From: Malacoraja senta
Lineage: Eukaryota
Length of the DNA: 64,000 nucleotides
Direction of reading: 5' to 3'
Assembly: GCA_038087875.1 (NCBI GenBank)
Contig: JAXLNO010000073.1
Location: 372,001-436,000, forward strand
Shown here: positions 1 through 13,863 of the stretch, in pieces
How the letters are laid out: each line of letters opens with the position of its first letter
How positions within the stretch are numbered: the first letter of the stretch is position 1
Notes under the pieces: generated by a model
Seen by the model: only the letters and a program-made list of their open reading frames with translations
What the model was told of the DNA's origin: nothing
Databases searched by the model: none
Position numbers and translations under genes: made by a program

Positions 1-304
1 CCCTTATACAATTATGTTGAAAAGTGGCTCTTTTTGATTTTTGCCCTGGATTTGTCTGCCTGCCACTTTTACTTTTCACCTTGCTACCTATTGCTTCCGC
101 CCGCATTTTACACCCCTCTGTTTCTCTGCTCACCCATTTAAGTACCCCACCACCTCTTATTCTCTGTTTATTATTGTTTTCCTCTTCCCCCCTACATGTT
201 GGGTCTGAATGCTTTCCTTCTCTGCCTCCTGCCTCACACACTGTCTTATAGCATTCTCTATTTGAGTCCCTCCCCCCCAACCATTCTAGTTTAAAGTCTC
301 CCCT

Positions 305-517
305 TAATACAATCCTACACACACTAGGGACAATTCACATTTATATCAAATAAATTAACATGCAAACCTGTACGTGTTTGGAGTGTCGGAGGAAACGCAA
401 GATCTCGGAGACAATCCAGGCAGGTCACGGGGAGAAGGTGCAAACTCCGTGCAGACAGCACTCGCGGTCGGGATCGAACCCGGATCTCTGACGCTGTAAG
501 GTAGCAACTTTACCGCC
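305..517 (-). mobile_element. tRNA-derived V-SINE (HE1-like), reverse orientation
   Basis: Reverse complement shows a B-box-like GGTTCGATCCCGAC head and the CCCCGTGACC...CCGACACTCCAAACACGTACAGGTTTG core shared with many copies in the window. Confidence 0.8.
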
Positions 518-559
518 CTTTGTATTACAGTCTGTGTTTTATTATTTTAGGGCAAATGT

Positions 560-800
560 GGGCGGCAGCGAGTAGAGTTGCTGCCTCACAGCGCCAGGTA
601 ACCAGGTTCGATCCTGACTACGGGTCTGTACGGAGGTTACACGCTCTCCCCGTGACCAGCTGGGGTTTTCTCCTGGTGCTCCGGTCCCCACCCCCCTACT
701 CCAAAGGCTTACAGGTTTGTAAGCTAAGTGGCTTCGGTAACAATTGTAAATTGTCCCTCGTGTGTGTGTGGGCTACCGTTGGTGTATCAGGATAATTGGT
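560..800 (+). mobile_element. tRNA-derived V-SINE (HE1-like), tail truncated
   Basis: GTAGAGTTGCTGCCTCACAGCGCC...GGTTCGATCCTGACTACGGG head followed by the conserved core. Confidence 0.8.
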
Positions 801-1058
801 CGCAAGCTGATAATTTTACAAGTGGACAGCTGTAGAATATCAAACGCGCATCGTTTGTAGCTTGCACGAAGTCCTCCAGGATGATTGCATTACACCGAAG
901 GTAAATCAAAATTAGGCGCAATGCCTGAATTACAGATACTGTTTAGTGTCGTCAGGTAAATGGAAGAATGCACTATGCTATGAGAGATTCATGTTGAAAT
1001 ATATCTTAATTGTTCTCAACATTATGTAGACGAAAGTTATGGTTATATAAGCAGTCCG

Positions 1059-1918
1059 TTCAAGATTCAAGATTCAAGATATTTTATTTGTCACATTCAC
1101 ATACACCAGGGTGTAGTGAAGTGAGATGCTTTTTGCCATTTATCAGCACACAAAAAAGAGAAGAGAATACAGACACAACACCAAGATAGTTCTAACACTG
1201 AACATCCCCCCACAATGGCTCCCACCATGAGGGAAGGCACAAAGTCCAGTCCCCAACCCCAGTTCACCCATAGTCGGGCCCATCTAGGCCTCCACAGTTG
1301 CCTCTACGGAGGCCCGATGTTCCAGGTCGTTCTCGCCGGGTGGTGGTGTTCCGGCGTCGGGAGAGTCCTCCCAGCAGCTTGGGAACCCTGGAACGGCCGC
1401 TTCCGCACTGGGGGCCGCGGCTTCCGAAGCCAACAAGGCCGCGCCGGTTGGAGCTCCACAACTGGCAATCTCATCTAGAGATCCCAGGCTCCCGGTGTCA
1501 AGTTCAGCGCCGCTGCCCACAGCTGGTCGCTCCACAGTCCCGCAGCTCCGCGATGTTTTCTCCAGCGATCCTCAGCTCACCGGAGCTCCAGCGCGGCGAC
1601 CCGGGCAAGGCACCGCCCGCTCCGGATAGCGCTCCAGCGCTGTGCCGCCGCCGAAGCCGAGGTTCTGGGCGGTCCCCGACAGGAAACGCCGCTCCAGGCC
1701 CGCTGGTAGGCCGCGAGGACGGGTCGAAGCTGCAGCCCGGAGAAAAGCTGCCTCTCCGGCCAGGTAGGGACCCTGAAAACTAGTTTTCCCCCTTCCCCCC
1801 CCACACAAAAAAGTCTAGACCTCCAAAACAAAACACTTTACTGACTAAAATAAAAAAATAAGGTGAAAGGACAGAGAGCTGTTGGCTGGGCAGCCGCACA
1901 CAGGTCAGCGCCCCCTAC
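1059..1918 (-). mobile_element. GC-rich non-coding retroposon with Rex1-like 3' tail (copy A)
   Basis: On the minus strand: 5' GGGGGCGCTG...GGCTGCCCAGCCAACAG, T-rich then G-rich tracts, GC-rich core, ending GTGACAAATAAA plus (CTTGAAT)n. Same architecture as 4503-5342 and 16841-17550. Confidence 0.7.
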
Positions 1919-2027
1919 GTTGTTCCTGTTAGCGTGCTTATGAAGGTGAAATGCAACATATCAAGCCCGTGTACATTTGAATCAAAGCCAAATCTGTTGG
2001 ATTAAAGGGAAGCGCTTCTGCCAAAAT

Positions 2028-2315
2028 CAGAGACCCGGGTTCGATCCCGACTACGGCTTCTGTCTGTACGGAGTTTGTACTTCTCCCTGTGATCTGCGTG
2101 TGTTTTCTCCGCTTTCCTCCCACACTCCAAAGACGTACGGGTTTGTAGGTTAATTGGCTTGGAATAATTGTAATTGTAAATTGTTCTTAGTGTGTGTAGG
2201 ATAGTGTTAATGTGCGGGGATCGCTGGTCGGCGCGGATTCGGTGGACCGGTGGGCCTGTTTCCGCGCTATATCTCTAAACTAAACTAAACTGAACTAAAC
2301 TAAACTAAACTAAAT
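2028..2315 (+). mobile_element. HE1-like V-SINE with (AAACT)n tail
   Basis: GAGACCCGGGTTCGATCCCGAC head, core, and GGGCCTGTTTCCGCGCTATATCTCT(AAACT)n tail. Confidence 0.85.
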
Positions 2316-2477
2316 AATCGAAAGCACTAATCGCTGACCAATATGGCATCTTAAGACAATATCTAGGGTATACATTTTATTTTCAGAACAATGTTCCTCA
2401 TATGTGGTGGGAAATCCGCAAAGATGAAACCAAAACATTGGCAAACATGCAATAAATCAGCCATTCTGAAGTGTGTG

Positions 2478-2607
2478 GGAAGGAACTGCAGACGCTGGTT
2501 TACAATGAAGTTAGACACAAAATACTGGAATAATTCAACGGGACAGGCAGCATCTCAGGAGAGAAGGAACGGGTGACGTTTCGGGTCCAGATCCTTCTTC
2601 GGTCTGA
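2478..2607 (-). mobile_element. Penelope-like element terminal repeat with degenerate hammerhead motif
   Basis: Reverse complement reads CCGAAGAAGGATCTGGACCCGAAACGTCACCCGTTCCTTCTCTCCTGAGATGCTGCC..., the same unit that follows GIY-YIG fragments elsewhere. Confidence 0.65.
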
Positions 2608-2729
2608 ATACTTATATATATATCTGAATATATATATATATATATATAGTTTTAGATATATATATAGATATAGATATATATATAGATATAGATATATATA
2701 TATATTTAACACAGAGTTTTAAAAGTATA

Positions 2730-3170
2730 CTAGACCAAGTGCAGACCCGTTGGGTCTGGTCCCCGAAAGTGCTTGACACCCCGGGGTGTTTTTCCCGAAC
2801 GTGCTTCAGACCCCGGGGTGAAAATCGTGGAAAAAAAGATGGCGTCGTTTTCGGAAAAAATCAGAGAAAATCGGCGAAAGAAAGATGGCGTCGTTTTCGG
2901 AGAAAAAAAGATGGCGTCGTTTTCGGAGAAAATCGGAGACAATCGGAGAAAATCACATGGGGGTGGGGGGGGTGGATTTTATCAAAAAACGTGTACATAA
3001 ACAGGACCGGATTTAATCAGGAGTGGCTATTCGTAAAGATAAATGTCATCTCTTTTTCCACGCGCTGTGTGGGCCAGGGGCGGTATCAAAGGCGGCGTAC
3101 GGACGTACAGACGTACAGACGTACAGACGTACAGACGGACGACAGCCAGAGAGTTTTAAAAGTATATAGA
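2730..3170 (-). mobile_element. Non-autonomous Helitron (copy 1)
   Basis: Minus strand starts A|TCTATATACTTTTAAAACTCTC and ends with hairpin CAGACCC-AAC-GGGTCTG (2742-2758), CACTTGGT, CTAG|T. These are canonical TC...hairpin-CTRR termini in an AT target. Confidence 0.85.
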
Positions 3171-3218
3171 TAGAAGATATATAATATATATATATATATA
3201 TATCTATATCTATATATA

Positions 3219-3252
<34 letters not shown>

Positions 3253-3295
3253 TATATATAGATATATATATATGTATAGATATATACATTATATA

Positions 3296-4463
<1,168 letters not shown>

Positions 4464-4502
4464 TTTGTGATAAACAGATTGTTTGCGCAAATGAATACAA
4501 TA

Positions 4503-5342
4503 TTAGATTAGATTAGGTAGACCTTTATTGTCATTCAGACCGAAGTCTGAACGAAATTGCAACAGTCATACATAAAACAACAATAGACACATATTGACAT
4601 CCACCACAGTGAGTCCACCCAACACCTCCTCACTGTGATGGAGGCAAAAGTCTTCGGTCTGCAGTCTCTTCCCTCCTCTTCTCCCTCTGCGCTGAGGCGA
4701 TACCCCCCGGGCGATGTTTCCCGCGGCTCAAACACCGCGGCCCGGGTTGGTCGAAGCTGCCGCCCACCAGTCCTGCAGACGCAGCCGCTGGCCCGCGGCC
4801 GAACCCCGGACTCAGGCCACCACCGCCAGAACACCGCCCTAGCCACCCTCGCGTGAATACCGTGCCATCTTCAGCCTCGGGCTGGGCCGCCCCGACATGG
4901 GTGCCGTACCTCCCCCGGCCCGGGCCGCTCCGACTTGGGCGTCGCTTCTCCCTCGTGCCGGGCCGCCCCGACTTGGGCGCCGAACCTCCCTCGGGCCGGG
5001 CCGCCCCGACTTGGGCGCTCACGGGAGCACTGTTCCAGCCCTGAGCCGGACCACCCTCACGGGAGCGAGCTTAGGGCGAGTCCTGACGGGCTCTGCCTCC
5101 GGAGCCTCGAGGTCGCCACCTCCATTAGGCCTCAGCGCAGACGGAGGCAGAGAAGGGGAATACGACAAAAAGTCGCATTACCCCGCAGGAAGAGACTGCA
5201 AACCCCGTTACAACCCCCCACCCCCCCAAAACACAAACTAAAAACCAAAAACTAGACTAACCAAAACGAAATAAACAACACAAAAAACACAAACAAACAG
5301 GACTGCCGATGAGCCGCTGCAGCCAGTGCCGCGCCGCCACTT
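4503..5342 (-). mobile_element. GC-rich non-coding retroposon with Rex1-like tail (copy B)
   Basis: Minus strand ends with hairpin TTCAGAC-TTCG-GTCTGAA, TGACAATAAAG and (AATCT)n. Internal GGGCCGCCCCGACTTGGGCG repeats at about 4880-5020. Confidence 0.7.
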
Positions 5343-6129
5343 CTCATAGTTCTCAGAGGACTGTTGTGAGACACTGTAATGTAATTGGTGATGTTAATTC
5401 CACTCATTTGCACAAACAATCTGTTTTACTTAATACAAAAAAACAAAAGGCTGGAGCACATACACGGGTCAGGCAACATCGATGGAGAGAAGATAGAAAC
5501 AAAATGCTGGAGTAACTCAGTGGGACAGGCAGCAATCTGTAGTGAAGAAATGGATGACGTTTCGGGTCGAGACCCTTCTTAATGAACAGACGACTGCCCA
5601 TTTCCCTCCACCGATGCTGCCTATCCTGCAGCAAAGATAGACGCAAAATGCGGGAGTAGCTCAGCGGGTCAGGCAGCATCTCTGGAGAAATGGAATGTGT
5701 GACGTTCCTGGCCCTACCTCTCTTCAAACTCGAAGAAGGGTGTCGACCCGGAAGGTCACCTATTCCTTCTACGCCGGCATCTGCAATTCCCTTCTACACA
5801 TCTTCATGGAGATATCCACACACTTTGAGTATATATGTGGAAGGTTTGTCTGACTGGCACCTTTTCAGGCAGCATACTACTAATCCATACGAATTTCTAG
5901 GTTCTAGCTCCAATTTGATGCTAATTTGTCCATAACCTTGTTTCTTACCTCTCCGTTCAACAAATGATAGCAGTCCTCTCTGTACACTGCATCTCAGTTT
6001 TTGACAAGTCGATGTTCCACGCTCGCCACGTTCCAGCTCTATTGCGAACGAAATAATTCGTCTTCCGATCTGCGTACATGAACTGCAACAGAGGCAGAAT
6101 TTGGGACATCTGACCAGGATATGGATTTG

Positions 6130-6636
6130 TTCCTCCAACCTCATCTACTGTATCCGTTGTTCGAGGTGCCGGGTCGGTGGCGGAGACTAACGTTCGAACC
6201 TGACTATGGGTGCTCTCTGTGGGGAGTTTGTACGGTCTCCCCTTGACCTGCGTGGGTTTTCATCGAGATCTTTGGTTTATTCAAACACTCCAAAGACGTA
6301 CACGTTTGTTGGTCAATTGGCTTGGTAAATGTTTAAAATGCCCCAAGTGTGTAGGAACGTGTTAATAGGCAGGGGTCGCTGGTGGGCCGATGGGCCTGTT
6401 TCCGCGCTGTATCTCTAAGCTAAACTAAATTAAACTACATCTGCGAGACCAAACGTAGACTGGGTCATCATTTCGTTGAACACCTTCGCTCCGGTCGCCC
6501 AAACACTTTAATCATCCTTCCCATTCCCACACTGCCCTTTCTGTCCTGGGTCTCATCCACTGTCAGAGTGAGGCCCAGCGCAAATTGGAGGAACAGCACC
6601 TCATATTTCGCTTGAGCAGCTTACACCCCAGCGGCT
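6130..6636 (+). mobile_element. Penelope-like GIY-YIG endonuclease fragment interrupted by an HE1-like SINE (about 6175-6437)
   Basis: SSNLIYCIRCSRC-like sequence before the SINE; YICETKRRLG and QRKLEEQHLIFRL-like sequence after it. Confidence 0.7.
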
Positions 6637-7084
6637 TAAATAAATATGGCAAACCGCAAAATACAAGAGGGTGTAGATTGAAGGCGAAAGGGAACAAAGT
6701 GTAAAGGATGTGCGGAACGCCTCAGTGACCCATGGAGTGGTAGTTGGCCGGCAGAAGGTAGAGGAAGTCGATACGATACTGTCAACTAAGTCTTTTAGAA
6801 AGGCACATGGATTACGCTGGTTTCTGATGGATATTGATACAATGCCAGAAGAAGGGATAAGTTTCATTTGGCTAAAACATGGAACTCTATTTTGAGCCGA
6901 ACATATTTTAGACTCTCAAATGATCATTGTGCGAAATACCTTGCTGAAGCAGTCTTGCTCCATTCACACCGAACACGATGAAGGATTTCGTGTCAACGCC
7001 ACTGCCTACTGCAGTGACTTCCGGTTTTCCCCTTCGGCGTGGGCAGGGTAAAATTACTCCAAATTTCCCCATGCCTTTGCATTT

Positions 7085-7573
7085 CATAGAAACATAGAAA
7101 CATAGAAAATAGTTGCAGAAGTAGGCCATTCGGCCCTTCGAGCCTGGAACGTCATTCAATATGATCATGGCTGATCATCCAACTCGGTATCCTGTACCTG
7201 CCTTCTCTCCATACCCCCTGATCCCTTTAGCCACAAGGGCCACATCTAACTCCCTCTTAAATATAGCCAATGAACTGGCCTCAACTACCTTCTTCTGCAG
7301 AGAATTCCACAGCCTCACCACTCTCTGTGTGAAACATGTTTTTCTCATCTCGGTCCTAAAAGACTTCCCCCCTTAGCCTTAAACTGTGACCCCGTGTTCG
7401 GGACTTCCCCAACATCGGGAACAATCTTCCTGCATCTAGCCTGTCTAATCCCTTAAGAATTGTATACGTTTCTATAAGATCCCCCCTCAATCTTCTAAAT
7501 TCTAGCGAGTACAAGCCGAGTCTATCCAGTCTTTCTTCATATGAAAGTCCTGCCATCCCAGGAATCAGTCTGG
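7085..7573 (-). mobile_element. CR1/HER1-type LINE 3' fragment (young subfamily)
   Basis: ORF2 C-terminal peptide GLSYEERLDRLGLYSLEFRRLRGDLIETY and (TTTCTATG)n tail. Confidence 0.9.
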
Positions 7574-7924
7574 CACAGGCTTCCGCTGTTTGTAAAGGCC
7601 CAGAGACCTGTCGTGAATGTCGCGCTACACCCGATATTCAGAGTTCAGCTGCAGCAAATTCTCACCGTCAATCAGGCTCAGAACACCGACTAGACTATAA
7701 TTCGAAAACCTTGCTTGCACTCAGGACACCACTGTCTCTTGTCAACGGACAGGTCCTTGTAAGACCTCTTGCTCGCTTTTTAAAAAGCTCAGATAGATTT
7801 GTGAGAAATTATTTCACACATGCATAAAGTCATGCTGACTACCGCAAATCGTTGCTCGCCTATCCCAAATACTTGCTGATCGGGTCGTTCAGAGTACATT
7901 CCAGTAACTGTCAGGGATACAAAT

Positions 7925-8570
7925 TCAATGCTAGCATTTATATCAAGAGGATTGGAATAGAAAAAACAGGGATGTAATGCCGAGGCTCTATAAGGCGCTG
8001 GTCAGGCCGAATTTGGAGTACTGTGAGCACATTTAGGTCCCATGTCTGAGGAAGGATGTGCTGGCTCTGCAGAGGGTCTAGAGGATGTTTACAAGAATGA
8101 TTCCAGGAATGAGTGGGTTAGCCTATGATGAGCGTTTGACAGCACTGGGCCTCTACTCGTTGGACTTTAGAAGGTTGATGGGGGGGGGGCGGGCACAAGG
8201 AAACTTACAGAATAATGAAAGGCATAGATAGAGTGGATGTGGAAAGGATGTTTCCACTGGCAGGAGAGTCTAGGACCAGGAGTCATAGTCTCAGAATTAA
8301 AGGGCGCTCTTTTCGAAAGGACGTGAGGATGAAGGGTCAGAAGGTAAAGTTAATCTATGGAACTCATTGCTAGAGAGGACTGTGGAGGCCAAGTCAGTTG
8401 ATGTTTTTAAGGCAGAGTTAGACAAGATATTGATTCGAACGGGTGTCACGGGTTATGGGGGAAAAGGCAGGAAAATGGGATTGGGGGCAGAGAACTGCCA
8501 TGATTGAATGGTGGAGTAGACTCGATTGGGCCAAAAGGCCTAATTCCACTACAATGACTTGCGAACTTGT
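7925..8570 (+). mobile_element. CR1 LINE 3' fragment
   Basis: Degenerate LYKALVRP.LEYC...LGLYSL.FRR ORF2 end plus 3' UTR. Confidence 0.85.
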
Positions 8571-8769
8571 AAACTTCCCCACCACTGATGTCAAGACCCA
8601 GTAACTTTCATGTGGCTAAAGATGATGCAAATATACCCGATAAGCCACAAGCAATTTCTTCCTTGTCTTCCCAAATGGCCGTCGTCAGAGCCCGCTTGAT
8701 CCATCCACGTTATCAGACTCAAAAACTGCGGCCTAACCAATGTTTTGTCCGTTTGCAACATGGCGTCCC

Positions 8770-9245
8770 AATTTTATCACAGGAATGAGTAGGTTTGCCT
8801 GTGATGAGCGTTTCTCAGCACTGGGCGTGTACTCGCTGGAGTTTAGAAGAATGAGGGGGGGCCTCATTGAAACATACAGAATAGTGAAAGGCTTGGAAAG
8901 AGTGGATGTGGAGAGGATGTTTCCACTAGTGGGAGAGGCTAGGACTAGAGGTCACAGCCTCAGAAGTAAAGGACGTTATTTTAGAAAGGAGATGAAGAGA
9001 CATATATTTCGTCAGAGGGTGGTAAATCTCTAGAATTCTTTGCCACAAAGGCTGTGAAGGCCGTCAGTTTATATATTTAAGGCAGAGATAGATAGATTCT
9101 TGATTAGTACGGGTGTCAGAGGTTATGTGGAGGGGGCAGGAATAGGGGGTTAGGAGGGTGAGTTAGATCAGCAGTGATTGAATGGCAGAGTAGATTGATG
9201 GGCCGAATGGCCTAATTCTAGTCCTATCACATGACCTAATGACCT
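8770..9245 (+). mobile_element. CR1 LINE 3' fragment
   Basis: LGVYSLEFRRMRGGLIETYRIVKG...RGHSL peptide in ORF 8740-9033. Confidence 0.85.
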
Positions 9246-10482
9246 TATCACTCAAAGCGGATACATTCAGGTACACCTTAGGCTTCTTGATTAGTCAGTC
9301 TACATGTTTCTCCACATTCATGGAAATACATACTTTTACCTCGAGCTTTCGATAATACTCCCCAGCTCGCTGCCATTCACTACCACGTATCTCCTGGCCC
9401 GGTTCACCTTCCCAAAATCTATTATCTCACACTTGTCCAGAGTTACATTCTCATAGCCATATCCTTGCCCACGTTCTAAGTTTTATCCACATCCTTTGTG
9501 GCCTCAGACAACCTTGCCATTTTCCACCGTGCAACAATCCTGGTGTCCTCTGCAAAGTTGCTGGCCGCACTGGTAGCGTTAGTCTATTAAAAATATGAAG
9601 AGATACATTAGATTAAGCCTGCACAAGGTGGCCAAACAATTGAATTCAGTAGGTGTTTTTTTAATCTAACATCTGTGCTACCAAGTTGTATTAGTTCATT
9701 TGGCTCAAATCGGGTTGGGTCAAAAAACAGAATAATCTCAATTGTATGCAATTAATCCGTTATAATGTGGGACAGCAGTTTTTTTCGACTGAATTAAAAT
9801 TCAATAGGTTATGGCATACTGACTGTTCCCGACCAATATCACACATTAGATATTCATACCACTGAGCTGCAAGCTGCCCGCGCGAAATGTGAGATGCTGT
9901 TCCTCCAATTTGCGTTTAGCCTCAATCTTACAATGGAGGAGACGTAGGACAGAAAGGTATGTGTTGGAATGGAAAGCAGATTAAAGTATCCGGCAAACAG
10001 GAGATCAGGTAGGTTCACGCGGGCTGAGCGAAGGTGTTCCTCATTTCAGGTAGCCCCGGCATTCTCTCTCTCTCACCATCCCTCCCCCACCCAAGTCGCA
10101 CCAGCTTCTCGTTCTCACCCAACAAACAGATGACAATGGCCTGTTTCCTTTATCATCGTTACTTTTTTGTATATCTTTCATTCATTGTTCTTTATCTCTT
10201 CACATCACACTCTACATCTCTCGTTTCTGCTTATCCCTAACCAGTTTGAAGAAGGGTCTCGACCCGAAATGTCACCCGTTCCTTCTCTCCAGAGATGCTG
10301 CCTGCCCGCTGAGTTACTCCAGCATTTTATGTCTTCGATTTAAACCAGCATCTGCAGTTCCTTCTTACACAACACAAATTTGATGGTGTCCTGAATTCAC
10401 TGGTGACTGAATTCAAGTGTATATCAGGAATGATTCAACCCGCGCACCACATGTTTCGCAACCAAAGCCCTGAATCATAGAG

Positions 10483-10555
10483 ATGATGCACGAACCAATA
10501 TCCGCCGTGGTTTACGCGGTTTATCATACAATCCTTGCGGTAGTTGGGAACTCAG
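10483..10555 (+). pseudogene. GPR139/GPR142-like GPCR pseudogene 1, exon 1 (N-terminus and start of TM1)
   Basis: ATG ATG CAC GAA...encodes MMHEPISAVVYAVYHTILAVVGNS, then phase-1 donor G|GTAAG. Homologous to exon 1 of the paralog at 55089-55158 (MHEPVTNPVYLIFYPVLAAVGIP). Confidence 0.85.
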
Positions 10556-10669
10556 GTAAGTCGTTTTAATTATATGTTCTATTAATGGTTCGGTGTCCTC
10601 TCTTGGCCATTTTGTGCTTTAAGACGGTACAGAAAATGAGAAGTGCATGTTCGGACAAATCGGAGAGTG

Positions 10670-11320
10670 GGTTTGAAGCAGGACGAGAGAATGACCTTGT
10701 AGAGGTGTATAAAATCATGAGAGGAATAGATCGGGTAGACGCAAAGAAGCTCTTGCCCAGAGTAGGGGCATCGAGGACCAGAGGACATAGGTTTAAGGCG
10801 AAGGGAGAAATATTTAATATGAATCTGAGGAACAACTTTTCACATAAAGGGTGGTGGGTGTATGGAACGGAGAAGACGAAAAACCTTTTCACACAGAAAG
10901 TTGTGAGTCTGTGGAATTCTCTGCCTCAGAGGGCAGTGGAGGCCGGTTCTCAGGATGCTTTCAAGAGAGAGCTAGACAGAGCTCTAAAAGATAGCGGAGT
11001 CAATGGATCTGGGAAGAAGGCAGGAACGGGGTACTGATTGTGGATGATCAGCCATGATCACATTGAATGGCGGTGTTGGCTCGAAGGGCCGAATGGTCTA
11101 CTCCTGCACCTATTGTCTATTGAGCTGCCAGAGGAGGTAGTTAAGGCTGGGACTATTCCAACGTTTAAGAAACAGTTAGACAGGTACTTGCTTAAGACAG
11201 GTTTGGAGGGATATGGGCCAAACGCGGGCAGGTGGGACTAGTCTAGCTGGGACATGTTGGCCGGTGTGGGCACGTTCGGCCGAAGGGCCTGTTTCCACAC
11301 TCTAGCATCTATGACTCTAA
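10670..11320 (+). mobile_element. Nested CR1 3' fragments in GPCR1 intron
   Basis: DLVEVYKIMRGIDRVD...RGHRFK fragment interrupted by a second CR1 3' end at about 10866-11120. Confidence 0.8.
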
Positions 11321-11749
11321 GGGATTCTTCTCGTACAGTATATTTTAATTAATATTCGCTTACATGGCGGCGCGGTGAAGTAGCGGCAGTGCTACTGCCT
11401 AACAGCGCCAAAGATCCGCGTTCGATCCTGACTATCGGTGCTGTCTGCGATGAGTGTGTACGTTCTCGCGTGACCTGGGTGGGTTTTCCCTGGGTGCTCC
11501 GGTTATCTCCCACACTCCAAAGACGTGCAAGTTTGTAGGTTAATTGGCTTTGGTATAATTGTAAATTGTCCCTTGTGTATGCCGGATTGTGTTAGTGTGC
11601 GGGATCGCTCTGCTGCGCATACTCGACGTGCCGAAGGCCTGTTTCCGCGCTGTATCTCTGATCTTTTGTTTCTTTCTCCTTCACAAATGTACACCGTTAT
11701 ACTTTGATTTGACCGCTTCGTCACAGAGACTACATATGGTTTACTTTAT

Positions 11750-12155
11750 TCGTTTGGCGATGTGTATTAGTTTATTGTCACGTGTCCAGAGGTACAGGGT
11801 AAAGCTTTTGTTGCGCGCTCATCATTCAGCGGAAAGACAATACATGATTACAATCGACACTGATCCATGATATGGGAATAAGGTTTAGTAGAAGGTAAAG
11901 CCAGCAAAGTCCGATCAAGTTAGTCCGATGGTCTCCAATGAGGTAGATAGCAGTTCAGGACTGCTCTGCGGTTGTGGTAGGGTGGTTCAGCTGCTGATAC
12001 CAGCTGGGAGGAAACTGTCCCTGAATCTGGAGGTGCGACATTTGCCCGATGGGAGAGGGAGAAGAGGGAGTGGCCGGCGTGATACTCATCCTTGATTATG
12101 CTGCTGGCCTTACCGACGCAGCGTGAGGTGTAAATTGAGTAAATGAAAGGGAGGT
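11750..12155 (-). mobile_element. Rex1/Babar LINE 3' fragment
   Basis: Homologous to 45285-45745: SPLPSG..., SRFRDSF.PA coding end, tail ...CACGTGACAATAAAC. Confidence 0.75.
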
Positions 12156-13051
12156 TAAACTAAACTAAACATGTTTATTCTCATGTAACCAGCAAAGAGC
12201 ATTCTTATAAAAAGGAGCAGGATCCGACCAATCATGCGCTTTGGCCCATTGGAAATTCCATAAGTACAACTTGGCCTCTTTTGATATTCGTGAGCCAATA
12301 TCGCGTTCGCGCTGTCTCTTGATACTCGTTGCTCTCCTTTCATTACTCTTTATTTGCCCATCATTCTTTATCTCCCCACATCATCGTCTATATCTCTCGT
12401 TTCCCTTATCCCTAACCATTCTGAAGAAGTGTATCGACCCGAAACGTCGCCCATTCCTTCTCTCCAGAGATGCTGCCTGTCCCGCTGAGTTACTCTTTGA
12501 TGAAACAAAACCCAATCTTCTCAGAGAGGAAATAACGTTCTCTCGTCTATAATTCTCAAGCACGGCGATATTACCCTCTATAATCTTACTGAATAGATGG
12601 TATATAAAACAATGATCCACTAAGTACCGGGATGGCTTTACGCATGGCACGGAAATTATTACTAGCTATATTGCAGTGTATTTGACTAGAAATCTACTAG
12701 ATTGACGACGCAAAAAGACACGTTGAAACCCGTTTAGTTCCGTTTCGTTAAGGAATACACCGCAGAAAGAGGTCCTTCGGCCCACCCATTCCGCACCGGC
12801 CAGCATCCCCGCATATTAGCACTATGGAGGTCAAGTCACTGGATCGATTTAAGAGAGAGTTAGATAGAGCTCTAGGGGCTAGTGGAGTCAAGGGATATGG
12901 GGAGAAGGCAGGCACAGGTTATTGATAGAGGACGATCAGCCATGATCACAATGAATGGCGGTGCTGGCTCGAAGGGCCGAATGGCCTCCTCCTGCACATA
13001 TTTTCTATGTTTCTTTGTTTCTATCCTATACTGGTGACATTGTTTTTACAG

Positions 13052-13572
13052 TCTCCTTCTTTCGTGTCTTTATGCTGTATAGTGGCTCGCCACTGCTGTA
13101 CGCATCGTTGCGCTATTGGAGTCAAGGTCTACAGTAGTACATGGATTATTCAGCAATGGGCATTGCAGTGCTGTTGCATTGTCTGGGTCTGTGTGCCACA
13201 GTCACAGGTTGTTGTACCCTCGATGTAGCCCCATTTGTGCATTGTCACCCTTGACCACCCGACCCCGTTCACAGTCGGTTGAGACATCTCCAGTTCAGCC
13301 AGTGTTTATCAGCACCTGGTGGTAAGCGCTCTGCTGCTGGATGCCCGTCTTGGTGGAAATAGGGAGAGTGGATAATCTGTTCTTCCACATCTGGAGGCGA
13401 GCTTCAGTTGGTGTTGTTTCCAATGGGGTGACGCTGGTTAGGGACCTCTTACGGATTTTAACCGCCTAGTATTGGGCACATAGTTCTGTAATGGGTGTCT
13501 ATCGTCTGTCAAGTTGTTTCAGACGCTCTGTCCTACTTGCAACAGCTCTCCTTATGTCTGGGGGAGCGACTC
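13052..13572 (-). mobile_element. RTE-clade LINE 3' fragment
   Basis: Minus-strand frames give LLAGVAPPDIRRAVA, LPPGADKHWLNWRCLNRL and MHKWGY...CDCG..QTM, resembling the C-terminal zinc-knuckle region seen at 32586-32890. Confidence 0.65.
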
Positions 13573-13863
13573 CAGCCAGTAGGTAGACGTTGTTTATGTT
13601 TTTACATTTATACCAAGCCAATTAACCGATACGTCTTTGGAGTGCGGAAGGAAATCGAAGTTTCGGAGAAACGCCACGCAGGTCACGGGGACAACGTACA
13701 AACTCCGTACAGACACGCACCCGTAAGGCGCTGTAAGGCTGTAACTCACCGTGCCTCCCATAGGGTTTATGCTGCCACAAAGCGGCGGGCACAATACACT
13801 GAAACATTACATTTCAACAAAGTCTGACACACTCTGAAGGAAATAACCACTTCTTTCTTACAG

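Noticed and set aside
1215..1831. Overlapping ORFs on both strands in GC-rich blocks (also 4535-5255, 39921-40528, 44216-44830)
   Set aside because: GC-rich repeat elements lack stops by composition; no domain, and no conserved frame between family copies.
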